A DNA stretch of 64,000 nt from Alphaproteobacteria bacterium (GCA_963555825.3 CAUVXB020000002.1:1568001-1632000), one strand, 5' to 3'; positions 1 to 9,539 are shown, numbered from the stretch's first letter. Notes: generated by a model from the sequence alone, not told the origin. Numbers and translations are program-made.

Positions 1-504
1 GAGCGCCTGGTCGGTGCGCTGGACGCAACGCGCGAGGCGTTGGTTTCGGGCGGCGCGCGGCGCGTGCCGATCGCGGTCAAGGTGGCGCCCGATCTCGACG
101 AGCGCGACGCCGAGGACATCGCCGCCGTGGCGCTCGAGACCGGGCTCGACGGGCTGATCGTCGGCAACACGACGCTGGCGCGCGACGGCGTCACCGGCCG
201 CCACCAGGGCGAGGCCGGCGGCCTGAGCGGCCCGCCGCTGTTCGCGCGCTCGACCGAGCTGCTGGCGCGCTTCCACCGGCTCACCCGGGGCCGCGTGCCG
301 CTGATCGGCGTCGGCGGCATCGCCTCGGGCGCCGACGCCTATGCCAAGATCCGCGCCGGCGCGTCGCTGGTCCAGCTCTACACCGCGCTGGTCTATCAGG
401 GGCCGGGCTTGGTCGCGCGCATCAAGGCCGACCTCGCGGAACGGCTCGCCGCCGACGGTTTCGCTCGTGTCGCCGACGCGATCGGCGTCGACGCCGCGCC
501 ATGA
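1..504 (+). CDS. pyrD: Quinone-dependent dihydroorotate dehydrogenase, 3' part (starts before the window)
   Basis: VKVAPDL, GNTT, GGLSG, IGVGGI and [11 protein letters not shown] motifs; TGA overlaps the next ATG. Confidence 0.93.
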   Translation, partial: ERLVGALDATREALVSGGARRVPIAVKVAPDLDERDAEDIAAVALETGLDGLIVGNTTLARDGVTGRHQGEAGGLSGPPLFARSTELLARFHRLTRGRVPLIGVGGIASGADAYAKIRAGASLVQLYTALVYQGPGLVARIKADLAERLAADGFARVADAIGVDAAP

Positions 505-1373
505 CGATCCCGGTGCATGCGGGCGTCGCCGCGCTGGTCGCGCCCTACGACGCGCTGCTGGTCGATCTCTGGGGCGTCATCCACGACGGCGTCGCGCCCT
601 ATCCCGGCGTCGTCGATTGCCTGGCCCGGCTGCGCGACGCCGGCAAGTCCGTCGTCATCCTGTCGAACGCGCCGCGCTTGGCCAAACACGCGGTCGCGCG
701 GCTGCGCGCCATCGGCGTCGAGGACGGGCTGTATGCGCACCTCGTCACCTCGGGCGACGCGACTCGCCAGGCACTCGCCGCGCGAACCGAGCCGTTCTAC
801 ACCGCACTCGGGCGCGGCTTTTACATGCTCGGCAAGCAGGCCGATGCCGACCTGATCGACGGCCTCGACTACCGCTCGGTCGCGGCGCTCTCGGACGCCG
901 AATTCCTGCTCGTCACCGGGCCGACCGAGCAATCGACGCGGCTCGAGGACTACCAGGGCCTGTTGGCCGAGGCGGCCGGTCTCGGTCTGCCGATGATCTG
1001 CGCCAACCCCGACCTCGTCGTCATCCGGGGCGGCGTGCGCGAGCCCTGCGCCGGCGCCTTCGCGGCGCGCTACGCCGAACTCGGCGGGGCGGTGCGCTAC
1101 GAAGGCAAGCCGCACCCGCTGGTCTATGACCTGTGCGACACGGCGCTCGGCGGCCTCGAGCGCAGCCGCGTGCTGGCGGTCGGCGACGGCCTCGCGACCG
1201 ATATTCTGGGCGCCCAACGCGCCGGCATCGACGCGCTGGTCGTGACCGGCGGCCTGCTCGCCGACGCCTGGGGCACGCCGCGCGAGGCGGCGCCCGACCC
1301 CGAACGCCTGGCCGCCGCCTGCGCCGAGGCCGGCGTCACGCCGGTCGCCGCGGTGCCGTCGTTCGTCTGGTAG
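501..1373 (+). CDS. HAD-superfamily subfamily IIA hydrolase (TIGR01459-like)
   Basis: [24 protein letters not shown] and [12 protein letters not shown] motifs. Confidence 0.9.
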   Translation: MTIPVHAGVAALVAPYDALLVDLWGVIHDGVAPYPGVVDCLARLRDAGKSVVILSNAPRLAKHAVARLRAIGVEDGLYAHLVTSGDATRQALAARTEPFYTALGRGFYMLGKQADADLIDGLDYRSVAALSDAEFLLVTGPTEQSTRLEDYQGLLAEAAGLGLPMICANPDLVVIRGGVREPCAGAFAARYAELGGAVRYEGKPHPLVYDLCDTALGGLERSRVLAVGDGLATDILGAQRAGIDALVVTGGLLADAWGTPREAAPDPERLAAACAEAGVTPVAAVPSFVW

Positions 1374-1385
1374 CGCCGTTGGGCG

Positions 1386-1862
1386 CTAACCGGCGTCGCT
1401 CGTTTGCTCCTCGGCGTGTTTGTACATTTGCTCGAGCACCCTGGCGCGCGCCTCGACATTTCTGCGCGTGGCGGTCCTGTATGCGCTGATCACGGAGGCG
1501 AAATAGATGATCGCGCCAATGAACGAGCTGAGCCAGGAGGCGAGCAGGGCTTCTCCGTGCACGCCGCTCGTGTGAATCGAATAGACGTGGCTGAGGGCGA
1601 AGGGGATGGCGCCGCTGAACCCCAGCACCAGACACAGCACAAGCGCGAGTCCGCCGGCAATGAATTGCCGCAGGTCGAGCTGTCCGGCGCCCGCGACCAT
1701 AATCGCGAGCAGCAGCGCCATGGTCGGCGAGGCGGCCACGGCGCTTTCGAGCCGGACCAACAGCTCGGCGGCGCGCAGCGCCGTCTTCTCCTGCGCGCGG
1801 TCGAGCCCGCGCGCGGAAAGCCCCGACGCCATCGAAGATCGTCCCATACCCGAAGCAGTCAT
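1386..1862 (-). CDS. Hypothetical membrane protein (about 3 TM segments)
   Basis: 158-aa ORF with hydrophobic stretches, AGGA upstream, co-oriented with the TPR gene. Confidence 0.65.
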   Translation of the reverse strand: MTASGMGRSSMASGLSARGLDRAQEKTALRAAELLVRLESAVAASPTMALLLAIMVAGAGQLDLRQFIAGGLALVLCLVLGFSGAIPFALSHVYSIHTSGVHGEALLASWLSSFIGAIIYFASVISAYRTATRRNVEARARVLEQMYKHAEEQTSDAG

Positions 1863-1889
1863 CGCATCCTCCCTGTACGCGTATCGCCG

Positions 1890-3239
1890 TCAGTGCAACG
1901 TGGCCGCCGCCTCCGTGTAGCCGATGCGGGACGCGGGGTCGGCGAAGCCGGCGGCGGCGATGTCGGCGAGCACGATGGCCAGCACGTCGGCGCGGCCGAG
2001 CGCGCGGGCCGAATTGGCGAGCAACAGGAAGAACAGGTCGCGCTGGGCATGGCTGCCACCCATCTGCCACAGCATGCGCCGGACCGGCATCAGGAGATCG
2101 ACGACGCGCGCGTGATCGCCCTTGCGGTGGGCGATCGCCGCCTCGGCCGCGGGGATCGCGGCGACCGTGTAGCGCGGCCCCAGCGTACCTGAATCGGCGG
2201 CGGCGAAGTCGCGCATCGAGGCGAGCAGCGTCTCGGCCTCGTCGAAGCGGCCGGCGGCGGTCAGGATGGCGGCGTAATGCGGGCTGGTGAACGGGCTGGT
2301 GTGGTCGTCGAGGCGCTTGAGCGTGAGTTCGGCGAGCTCGTCCCAACGATCGCCGACTCGCGTGCCGCGCAGCTCGAGCCGGAGCAGCATCGAGGCCCCG
2401 TTCTGCATGTCGATGTAGAGGTCGGGCAACGATTGCGTCAGCGGCAGCTCGCGGTTGCGCACCCAGTTGTCGTAGCAGTCCAGGACGGCGTCGTGCTCGC
2501 CGAGTTCGAGGTGGAACAGGCAGCGGTGCCACCACAGGTGAAAGCTCATCTGGTTGGCGTCGGCCCAGTGGTCCTTGAGGCCGTCGAGCCAGGCGATGCC
2601 CTCGGCGTGGCGGCCCTCCATGATCAAGACATGGGCCACGGCATGGGCGCCCCAGACGTCTTCCGGATCGATCTCGACGGCGCGGCGGGCGAGCCGTTCG
2701 GCCTCGCCGAAACGGTGCGTCTCCTCGAGGTCGAAGGCGCGGCACGAGAGCTGGATGCCGTAGCTCGGGACGGCGTCGCTCCATGCGTCGGCCACGCGGT
2801 TCGAAATATCCGCCGACCAGGCCATCTCGCCGATCCAGAACAGCTCCATCTGGGCGAGCCGCTGGGCCAAGAGGTCGGTCGGATGGAGCCCGAGGATCGC
2901 CTCGTAGCGGGTGACCGATTGGGTGATGCGCCCGGCCGCGGCGTCGTCCAACGCGGCGACGTAGAGCCGCTCGCGTTCGGTCGCGCCGTCCCCGGCGGCG
3001 TGTGCCGCGGCGAGCGAACCCTCGATCATCGGCCGGAACGCGGTCGCCCGTGCGCCGTGCAGCACCAAGCCGTTGACCGCATGGGCCAGCGCGAAGCCCG
3101 CATCGGCCTCGAGCGCCCCCTTGAGGCCCGGCATGACCGCCGCCTTCCAGTGCACGAAGTTGTGGATCGCGCCATCGAGCGCGGCCGCCGCCTCGGCGCT
3201 CCCGGTGGTCATCGCGTACCCGCGCTTGTCGTGGTGCAT
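1890..3239 (-). CDS. Tetratricopeptide repeat protein 38 (TTC38)-like
   Basis: WGAHAVAHV, HLWWH and GGSHAQRD motifs; start set at MHHDKRG because the longer ORF runs into a repeat. Confidence 0.85.
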   Translation of the reverse strand: MHHDKRGYAMTTGSAEAAAALDGAIHNFVHWKAAVMPGLKGALEADAGFALAHAVNGLVLHGARATAFRPMIEGSLAAAHAAGDGATERERLYVAALDDAAAGRITQSVTRYEAILGLHPTDLLAQRLAQMELFWIGEMAWSADISNRVADAWSDAVPSYGIQLSCRAFDLEETHRFGEAERLARRAVEIDPEDVWGAHAVAHVLIMEGRHAEGIAWLDGLKDHWADANQMSFHLWWHRCLFHLELGEHDAVLDCYDNWVRNRELPLTQSLPDLYIDMQNGASMLLRLELRGTRVGDRWDELAELTLKRLDDHTSPFTSPHYAAILTAAGRFDEAETLLASMRDFAAADSGTLGPRYTVAAIPAAEAAIAHRKGDHARVVDLLMPVRRMLWQMGGSHAQRDLFFLLLANSARALGRADVLAIVLADIAAAGFADPASRIGYTEAAATLH

Positions 3240-3365
3240 GCTCAAGCCTCGTCCTCGACGTTCGGTCGCCGGACGATAGCACAGCCGCGTGCGCACTGGC
3301 GTGTTTGGGCTGCGCGGCCCCGACACGGCCGCCTTCGCTAGATCATCGAGCGAGGCTTGGATAGC

Positions 3366-3499
3366 GTCCCGGTTTGAAATTCTGCCGAAACGACACCCGA
3401 AACGTCGGCTCATCAGCGGATCATGTCTGCGTTGCACCCAACGGCGGACCCCGTCGCACGGTCCTCGGTACAGTCGCTCCTGACCCGAAGGAAACATTC
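3366..3499 (+). repeat. Palindromic repeat family A, copy 1
   Basis: Colinear with the reverse complement of 7875-8007; contains ATGTCTGCGTTGCACCCAACGGCGGAC and ends GACCCGAAGGAAACATTC. Confidence 0.75.
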
Positions 3500-3520
3500 G
3501 GGGCTCAACCTAACGCGTGG

Positions 3521-4951
3521 TCAGTTGGCGGCGATCAACTTGTAATAGGTATCCCAGGCCTGAGCCGAATCGAACTCGGCGTAGGCAGCATCGAGCCGTT
3601 GCCGCGAGTCTTCAAGCCGTTGTGCGAGCGCCTTCCGGTCGACGTCCAGCAGACACCCCGCGCGCTTGAGCGGACGGCCGGCGACGAAGACGCTGTCGAC
3701 GTCGCCGCCGTTGGCCTGAAGCACGGCGATCTGCTCGGGCTCGGCGCCCGACATCATGCCAATGCGGTCCGTCGATAACAGTACTACGTCGGCTTGCTTG
3801 CCAGGCGTCAGGCTGCCGATGCGGTCGTCCAGGCGGAGTGCCCGGGCGCCGCCCATGGTGGCGATCTCGAGCATGTCGCGGGCGGTCAGCGCGACGTCGG
3901 TCGGCCCGACGCCCTGGGCGTCCATCGTGCGGGCGCGCGAGCCGCGGCCGACCTTCAGTGTGAACTGCATGTGGCGGAATATGTCGCCCGACAGGCTGCC
4001 GACCGAATCGGCGCCGAGGCCGATCGTCACGCCGTGCTGGATCGCCCGCCAGGTCACTGGATCGGCGCCCTGGCCAAGTTCGCTTTCGGCCGAGACGGCG
4101 ATGCTGACGCCGGTCGCGGCCAGGCGGTCGAGTTCGGTATCGGTGAAGCACTGGCCATGCGAAATCACCAAGTCGGGACCAAGCATGCCATGACGGTCGA
4201 GGCGATCGATGAACCAGGACCCACCGTTAGGCGCCTCCATGCCGGCATGGGTCGTGATCGTCCGGACGCCCAGCTCGCGCGCCAGCCCCAGGTCGTGCTC
4301 TGTGCACGACCAGGGCAGATACTCCAGGTTGCGCGCCGTAACGCCCATGGTGACCAGACCGTCATCGTCCGAGAGCCGGCCGGCGCGAAGCCGCGTGGCT
4401 TCGGTGCGGTGCCAGTCCGTGGTCGGCGACAGGGCTTCCGACAGGGCTTCAGCGGCGATCGCGGTGCCATTTCCGAATTGCGGCGGGCCTCCCAGTCCGT
4501 AGCCAAACACCACCCTGACGCCCGTGGCATCGAGCGCGTCGAGGGCGGCGTCGGCGTGTCCCTCGGCGACGCTGCAGTCAGCGAAGTCGAGCACCGTCGT
4601 CACGCCGGCGTCGAGCGCGTCCAGCGCGCCGGCCAGGGTTGCGATGTGGCGGTCCTCGGCGCTATAGAGCTGGCGTCGGCCCCAGAACGTCTCGACCAGA
4701 TAGCTCGACCAAGTGCCGTCGGAGACGAAACCGCGCAACAGCGTCAACCAGAGGTGCCGGTGGGTGTCGATCAGTCCCGGCATGGCGATCATGCCCTCGC
4801 CATCGATGACCTCGGCGCCGTCCGCGGCAAGCTCAGGGCCGACCGCGGCGATGCGGTCGTCCTCGATCAGGATGTCGGCGCGCGGCAGCGTGCCGAGCGC
4901 GGGATCGACGGTGATGACACAAGCGTCACGGATTAGCATACGTGTCGTCAT
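3521..4951 (-). CDS. Amidohydrolase family protein (MTA/SAH deaminase-like)
   Basis: MPGLIDTHRH metal motif, GLGAD, IGSLTPGKQADVV. Confidence 0.9.
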   Translation of the reverse strand: MTTRMLIRDACVITVDPALGTLPRADILIEDDRIAAVGPELAADGAEVIDGEGMIAMPGLIDTHRHLWLTLLRGFVSDGTWSSYLVETFWGRRQLYSAEDRHIATLAGALDALDAGVTTVLDFADCSVAEGHADAALDALDATGVRVVFGYGLGGPPQFGNGTAIAAEALSEALSPTTDWHRTEATRLRAGRLSDDDGLVTMGVTARNLEYLPWSCTEHDLGLARELGVRTITTHAGMEAPNGGSWFIDRLDRHGMLGPDLVISHGQCFTDTELDRLAATGVSIAVSAESELGQGADPVTWRAIQHGVTIGLGADSVGSLSGDIFRHMQFTLKVGRGSRARTMDAQGVGPTDVALTARDMLEIATMGGARALRLDDRIGSLTPGKQADVVLLSTDRIGMMSGAEPEQIAVLQANGGDVDSVFVAGRPLKRAGCLLDVDRKALAQRLEDSRQRLDAAYAEFDSAQAWDTYYKLIAAN

Positions 4952-5128
4952 GGTTCAGCCCACTTGAGTACGGCAGCAAATCTCCAAACCGACATTCCCC
5001 TGCCGACTCCTCAGAATGCGCACGTCGGCAGCCGAAGATGGCGTCTTGGGGAGTATTGAAACGAGTTTCTGCCCACAGGGTAGAGGATTTGCAGCGAGAC
5101 TTGAATGTCCTGTGTGGATGGCTCCCGC

Positions 5129-5373
5129 GTTGCAAGGACTTTTTTCGGCGTAGCGACCTAGTCAGGTACAGTCTTGTGTCCGGCCTGTTGATGCAGTTTT
5201 GTTGAACCGCTGGCCCTGATGGTATCCGTGGATCGGGTCCCTATCTGCTTAGCGGGCTCGAACACCCAGGACATTGGTCGGGTTGTCCCGATCCCCGGTC
5301 TGACCGGTTCGCCATCACGTCTCGTCGTCCTTGCAATCGTCGAAAGGCGTTGTGCCTTCGAGAGATCAATTCG
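5129..5373 (-). ncRNA. Candidate bridge/seek RNA of the IS1111-type element
   Basis: Segments 5267-5275 and 5243-5249 match the two insertion junctions and flank a GGGTGTTCGAGCCC hairpin; transcript ends unknown. Confidence 0.7.
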
Positions 5374-6408
5374 TCATGCGGTCCCCTCAGTTGCGGGTCG
5401 GTGAGCGCGGTAGGCCTCGCCACGAGTCATGATGACCCAGGCGATCCGCGCGGCCTTGTTGGCCATGGCCACGGCGACCAGCTTGTTGGGCTTGCTTACC
5501 AGCAAGTTGGTGATCCAGGGGTGAACCTCGGGCTTGCGCCGTGCCGATTGAAGCTGTGATGTCATGCCGATCACCAGCAGACGGCGAAGATAGCGGTCCG
5601 CCATCTTGGAGATGCGTCCCATGCGATCCTTGCCGGCGCTGGAATCGGCCTTGGGCGTTAGCCCGAGCGAGGCGGCAAACTGGCGAGCCGATGTGAACCG
5701 GTGCGGATCGGTGACCGAGGCTGCCAGCGCCGAGGCGGTGATGTAACCAATCCCCGGAATGGTCGCGAGCCGTTTGGCCAGGTCGTTGCCGCGGAACCAG
5801 GTCTTGATCTCGCCCTCGATCATGGCGACCCGGGCTTGCAACTCGCGGATCTGCTCGGCCAGGGCAATGACGATCTTGCATGCCAGCGGGGGAATGTCCG
5901 GCACCACTCCTTCGACAAGCTGATCGACGAGCCTCAGCGCGTGATGAATGCCTTTGGCCAGCACGATGCCCAACTCGGCCAGCTGGGACCGGATCATGTT
6001 GACCAGCTGGGTGCGCTGGCCGACCAGCAGATCCCGTGTTCGGTGGAGCGCCAGGACCGATTGCTGCTCGGCCGACTTGATCGCGACGAACCGCATCGTG
6101 GGGCGCGTCACCGCCTCGCAGATCGCCTCCGCATCGGCGGCGTCGGTCTTGCCGCGCTTGACGTATGGTTTGACGTAGATCGGTGGCATCAATTTCACCT
6201 CGTGCCCCAATGCCTGGAGCTCGCGGGACCAGAAGTGGCTCGTGCCGCACGCCTCGATACCGATCAGACACGGTTCCAGCTTGCCGAAGAACGGCATCAT
6301 CTGGCGCCGGCGCAACGATCGGCGGACGATGACCTTGCCGGTGCTGTCAATGCCGTGGACTTGGAAAACGTTCTTGGCCAGATCGAGGCCGACAGTGGTT
6401 ACTTTCAT
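5374..6408 (-). CDS. IS110-family DEDD transposase/recombinase
   Basis: GLDLAKNVFQVHG, IEACG, KTDAADA, IPGIG and GLTP..SSAGK motifs. Confidence 0.95.
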   Translation of the reverse strand: MKVTTVGLDLAKNVFQVHGIDSTGKVIVRRSLRRRQMMPFFGKLEPCLIGIEACGTSHFWSRELQALGHEVKLMPPIYVKPYVKRGKTDAADAEAICEAVTRPTMRFVAIKSAEQQSVLALHRTRDLLVGQRTQLVNMIRSQLAELGIVLAKGIHHALRLVDQLVEGVVPDIPPLACKIVIALAEQIRELQARVAMIEGEIKTWFRGNDLAKRLATIPGIGYITASALAASVTDPHRFTSARQFAASLGLTPKADSSAGKDRMGRISKMADRYLRRLLVIGMTSQLQSARRKPEVHPWITNLLVSKPNKLVAVAMANKAARIAWVIMTRGEAYRAHRPATEGTA

Positions 6409-6490
6409 GGCGGATAGCTCCTCTTGCTCGTGGTTGATAACAACCACCACTTTGGCATCTCGGTGCCGGGAGCGGGAGCCATCCACCCCA

Positions 6491-6563
6491 TCTGCTAGTG
6501 GGGGCAAAGTGAAAGGTGTTTGGCGGCGGCCCCGACTCCTGGTGTCAGCCAATTCTGGACCTT
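6491..6563 (+). repeat. Palindromic repeat family A, copy 2 (its left part AATGTC lies at 5104-5109, split off by the IS)
   Basis: Rejoined site reads AATGTC(C/T)GCTAGTGGGGGCAAAGTGAAAG...GTCAGCCAATTCTGGACCTTC, the same two-unit layout as copy 1. Confidence 0.55.
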
Positions 6564-6641
6564 CACGTCTGGTCGTTAGACTCGCCTAGCCACGTTCCAT
6601 ATACTGCAGCCCACAACCAAAACGTTTCGGGGGAGGTTCTG

Positions 6642-7247
6642 GTGCCGCGACCGGGCATGCTGGTCCATCTCGTTGACGTGGCCAATCTGATCACTCTTGG
6701 CGGCCTCGCGCTTGCTTTCTTCGCCTGCTGGGCGGTCTTGTCGGGACGGCCCTCCTTGGCCATGGCCCTGGCCGCGTCGGCCGTCGTCATCGATAATGTG
6801 GACGGCTGGATGGCGCGGCGGGCAGTGGGGCGAAACCCGGCGCATGAGCATTTCGGGCGGCACTTGGATTGTTATGCGGACTACATCACCAAAGGCTTAT
6901 TTCCCGTCCTGTATCTTTTGACCGCGACCGATTTGCAGCTCGTGTCTGTCCCGGTGGCGCTGATCTACCTGATGGCGATTGCCGTCCGATATAGTTATGA
7001 GTTCGTGCCGGACCGCGCCCATATCGGTCTTTCGCCCGACTACATGATCGCCTTCCTCTGTCTGTTGCAGTTGGCGGCGCCACGAATCGGTTCGGCCTTC
7101 ATTCCCACGCTCATGGCGGGCCTGGTGGGTTTTGCGGCTCTCGCCGTCGCGCCTTTTCCGTCACCGAAGTTGCAGGGCGGGCCCCTCGTCGGTTTTTGCC
7201 TCTTTCTTCTGGTCCTGGCGGCGGTCCTTTTGACCGGCGATCGATAG
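6642..7247 (+). CDS. CDP-alcohol phosphatidyltransferase family protein
   Basis: ANLIT and DNVDGWMARR...FGRHLDCYAD signature; GGAGG before GTG. Confidence 0.85.
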   Translation: MPRPGMLVHLVDVANLITLGGLALAFFACWAVLSGRPSLAMALAASAVVIDNVDGWMARRAVGRNPAHEHFGRHLDCYADYITKGLFPVLYLLTATDLQLVSVPVALIYLMAIAVRYSYEFVPDRAHIGLSPDYMIAFLCLLQLAAPRIGSAFIPTLMAGLVGFAALAVAPFPSPKLQGGPLVGFCLFLLVLAAVLLTGDR

Positions 7248-7404
7248 CCTGCAAGCAGGGTTCGTTCTTTGTCACAGCTCCTTGGTCTTACTTGGAAAAG
7301 GCATCGGTCGGCCGCGTGGACCGACGCTGTAGCATCCGGGGCGTTAGATCGGCGAGCCACGCCGAAGGCACTCGACAGGCGATCATGGCCGCCCATCGAC
7401 TCTG

Positions 7405-7587
7405 CTACGCTTCGGTAAGCCAGCTTCCCCCGTTGCGCCAGGCCTCTTTGGCCTTGCAATGCGGGCAAATGCGCTCACCCGGCCAGTCGCTCATAAACAG
7501 CTCGCGGCACTTCAGGCACCGACGCCGCTCGATCTCGTGCTCGCGTTCGGGCTCTGGCTTCAGTTTGCTTTGACGTCGTGCGAACAT
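7405..7587 (-). CDS. Small putative zinc-finger protein (60 aa)
   Basis: CLKC...ICPHC pair of CxxC motifs. Confidence 0.65.
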   Translation of the reverse strand: MFARRQSKLKPEPEREHEIERRRCLKCRELFMSDWPGERICPHCKAKEAWRNGGSWLTEA

Positions 7588-7616
7588 GCTTATGGAAAGC
7601 GGCTTTCAAATCAGTC

Positions 7617-7784
7617 TCATCCCGAGCGCGTGGTGGCGGTTCCGCAGCGGCGACATTCCACCTTCTGCACTTGGCCACTTGCGCCAAAGGCGCCGACCAC
7701 CTCGATGAGACGGTAGTCGTGGAAGCCCAACCGGCAGAGAAGACGGCCAATCCAGTCGGGCAGCTTGTCGCGGCTTCCTGCCAC
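7617..7784 (-). CDS. Small Cys/His protein (about 55 aa)
   Basis: LLCRLGFH...CRRCG; AAGGA upstream of GTG. Confidence 0.6.
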   Translation of the reverse strand: MAGSRDKLPDWIGRLLCRLGFHDYRLIEVVGAFGASGQVQKVECRRCGTATTRSG

Positions 7785-7874
7785 GATCCGATTCCTTGAA
7801 CACAACCACTGTTAGGGTCCGACGCCCGCGCCGCCCATCCGGTTATCTTAGCACATCGCGCGGCAGGTTTCGCC

Positions 7875-8007
7875 AATGGCCGCCTCGGGTCGACAGCCGG
7901 AGTGCCGACGGCCCCGCGCCAAGGTCTGCCGTTGGGCGCAACGCAGACATGACCCGGCGAAAAGCGGACGTCCTGGGTGTCGGTTCGGCGGGATGCCAAA
8001 CCAGGAC
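7875..8007 (-). repeat. Palindromic repeat family A, copy 3 (inverted relative to copy 1)
   Basis: GGTCTGCCGTTGGGCGCAACGCAGACATGA matches the reverse complement of 3421-3450; similarity extends over ~130 bp. Confidence 0.75.
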
Positions 8008-8081
8008 TCCGGCCGAATTCGGTTGCATTCGCCGGCGTTGGTCGCGAGGATTCGGCCAGTGCAGTTTGCGGGGGTCGGCCC

Positions 8082-8933
8082 ATGACACCGGACGCCGCCG
8101 ATATCGTCGATACCGAGACCTACCCGGTCGATCGGCCGGGCACGCCGCGTTACGCGGCGATGATCGCCGACGTCCGCGCCGAACTCGGCGAGGTCGGCTG
8201 CGCGCCGCTCGCCGGCTTCGTGCGCGCGGACAGGGTCGGCGCGCTCATTGCCGAGGCCGACCGGGTGGCGCCACTGGCGCACCGCTCGTTCAACCGCACC
8301 AATGCCTATTTTTCCGAAGACGACCCGACGCTGCCCGCCAGCCACCCGCTGCGCCGCTTCTATGACCGCTCGAACGCCTTCGTGCCGGCCGACAACTTCG
8401 GCGCCGCGAGCCCCTTGCGCGCGATCTATCAGTGGGCGCCGTTCATGCCGTTCATCCGCGACGCGCTGGGCGGGGCGGAAATCCACCGCTACGCCGATCC
8501 GCTGGCCGATGTCATCATCAACGCGGTCGAGCCGGGCGGCGGCTTCCCCTGGCACTTCGACACTAACGACTACACGGTGACGCTGGCGATCCAGAACGCC
8601 GAGCGCGGCGGCCTGTTCGAATACCGCCCTAACTTGCGGACCGCCGAGGACGAGAACTACGACGGCGTCCAGGCGATCCTCGACGGCGGTCGCGACGGCG
8701 TCCGCTCGCTGGCGCTTCGGCCCGGCGATCTGCAGATCTTCAAGGGGCGCTTCTCGCTGCATCGGGTGTCGCCGACCGAGGGCGCGCGGCCGCGCTACGT
8801 CGGCATCTATTCCTTCGTCGACGCGCCCGGCATGGTCGGCCGCGTCGAGCGCACCCGCCAACTCTACGGCCGCGTCCTGCCGATCCACCGCGACCGCGAT
8901 GCGGCGGCACGCGCCGACGGGCTGCGGGACTGA
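8082..8933 (+). CDS. Fe(II)/2-oxoglutarate oxygenase, BesD/HalD-like family
   Basis: WHFD and LHRVS facial-triad motifs, GGLFEY, PGDLQIFKGR. Confidence 0.75.
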   Translation: MTPDAADIVDTETYPVDRPGTPRYAAMIADVRAELGEVGCAPLAGFVRADRVGALIAEADRVAPLAHRSFNRTNAYFSEDDPTLPASHPLRRFYDRSNAFVPADNFGAASPLRAIYQWAPFMPFIRDALGGAEIHRYADPLADVIINAVEPGGGFPWHFDTNDYTVTLAIQNAERGGLFEYRPNLRTAEDENYDGVQAILDGGRDGVRSLALRPGDLQIFKGRFSLHRVSPTEGARPRYVGIYSFVDAPGMVGRVERTRQLYGRVLPIHRDRDAAARADGLRD

Positions 8934-8941
8934 TTGGTTAC

Positions 8942-9056
8942 GGCCACCTTTACTGCGTAAAGGTGGCCTGCGCTCAATCGCCGCGCATGCTTCCGCCGAA
9001 CGGTCGGCGGCCCGCAGTCGCGGGCTGGAAGGTTTCAATTAGTACGAATCGACTCG
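8942..9056 (-). repeat. Structured intergenic repeat family B, copy 1
   Basis: + strand: hairpin GGCCACCTTTAC-TGC-GTAAAGGTGGCC, then TGCGCTCAATCGCCGCGCATGC and GCCGAACGGTCGGCGGCCCGC. Confidence 0.85.
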
Positions 9057-9065
9057 ATTATGCGC

Positions 9066-9539
9066 TCACAACGCATAATCGACCGGCAGCGCCGTCGTGT
9101 GCTTGATGCGCTCCATGGCGAAGGTCGAGCTGACGTCCGACAGCTCGACGGTGGCGATGAGGCGCTGGTAGATCGCGTCGTAGCCGGCGATGTCGGGCAC
9201 CACGACGCGCATCAGGTAGTCGATGTCGCCGCTCATGCGGTAGAGCTCGACGATCTCGGGGATGGCGGCGACCGCGGCGGCGAACTTCTCGAGCCAGGCG
9301 GCGTTGTGCTGGGCGGTTCTGATGTGGACGAAGACGGTGACGCCGAGGTTGAGCTTGTCGGGGTCCAAGAGCGCGACGCGGCCGGCGATGACGCCCTCGC
9401 GCTCGAGCCGCTGGATGCGCCGCCAACACGGCGTCGTCGACAAGCCGACCCGCTCGGCGATCTCGGCGACCGGCATCGTCGCGTCGCGTTGCAGGCATAT
9501 GAGAATCTTGCGGTCGATCGTATCGAGAGAGGTTTTCAT
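9066..9539 (-). CDS. Lrp/AsnC family regulator (DecR-like)
   Basis: GLSTTPCWRRIQRLE helix-turn-helix; YRMSGDIDY. Confidence 0.93.
   Translation of the reverse strand: MKTSLDTIDRKILICLQRDATMPVAEIAERVGLSTTPCWRRIQRLEREGVIAGRVALLDPDKLNLGVTVFVHIRTAQHNAAWLEKFAAAVAAIPEIVELYRMSGDIDYLMRVVVPDIAGYDAIYQRLIATVELSDVSSTFAMERIKHTTALPVDYAL

Larger units (their letters stand above)
5110..6492 (-). mobile_element. IS110-superfamily element, IS1111 type
   Basis: Sub-terminal inverted repeats GTGGATGGCTCCCGC (5114-5128) and GCGGGAGCCATCCAC (6472-6486); CT at both junctions; ~260-bp non-coding region downstream of the transposase. Confidence 0.9.

Noticed and set aside
3366-8007. Composite transposon defined by the inverted ~130-bp repeats
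   Set aside because: The repeats are degenerate, no TSD was found, and the enclosed IS has its own ends.
7843-8088. Short ORFs containing MSALRPTAD or MSAFDAV (also 48976-49194)
   Set aside because: Translations of the non-coding family A repeat and an IS end.
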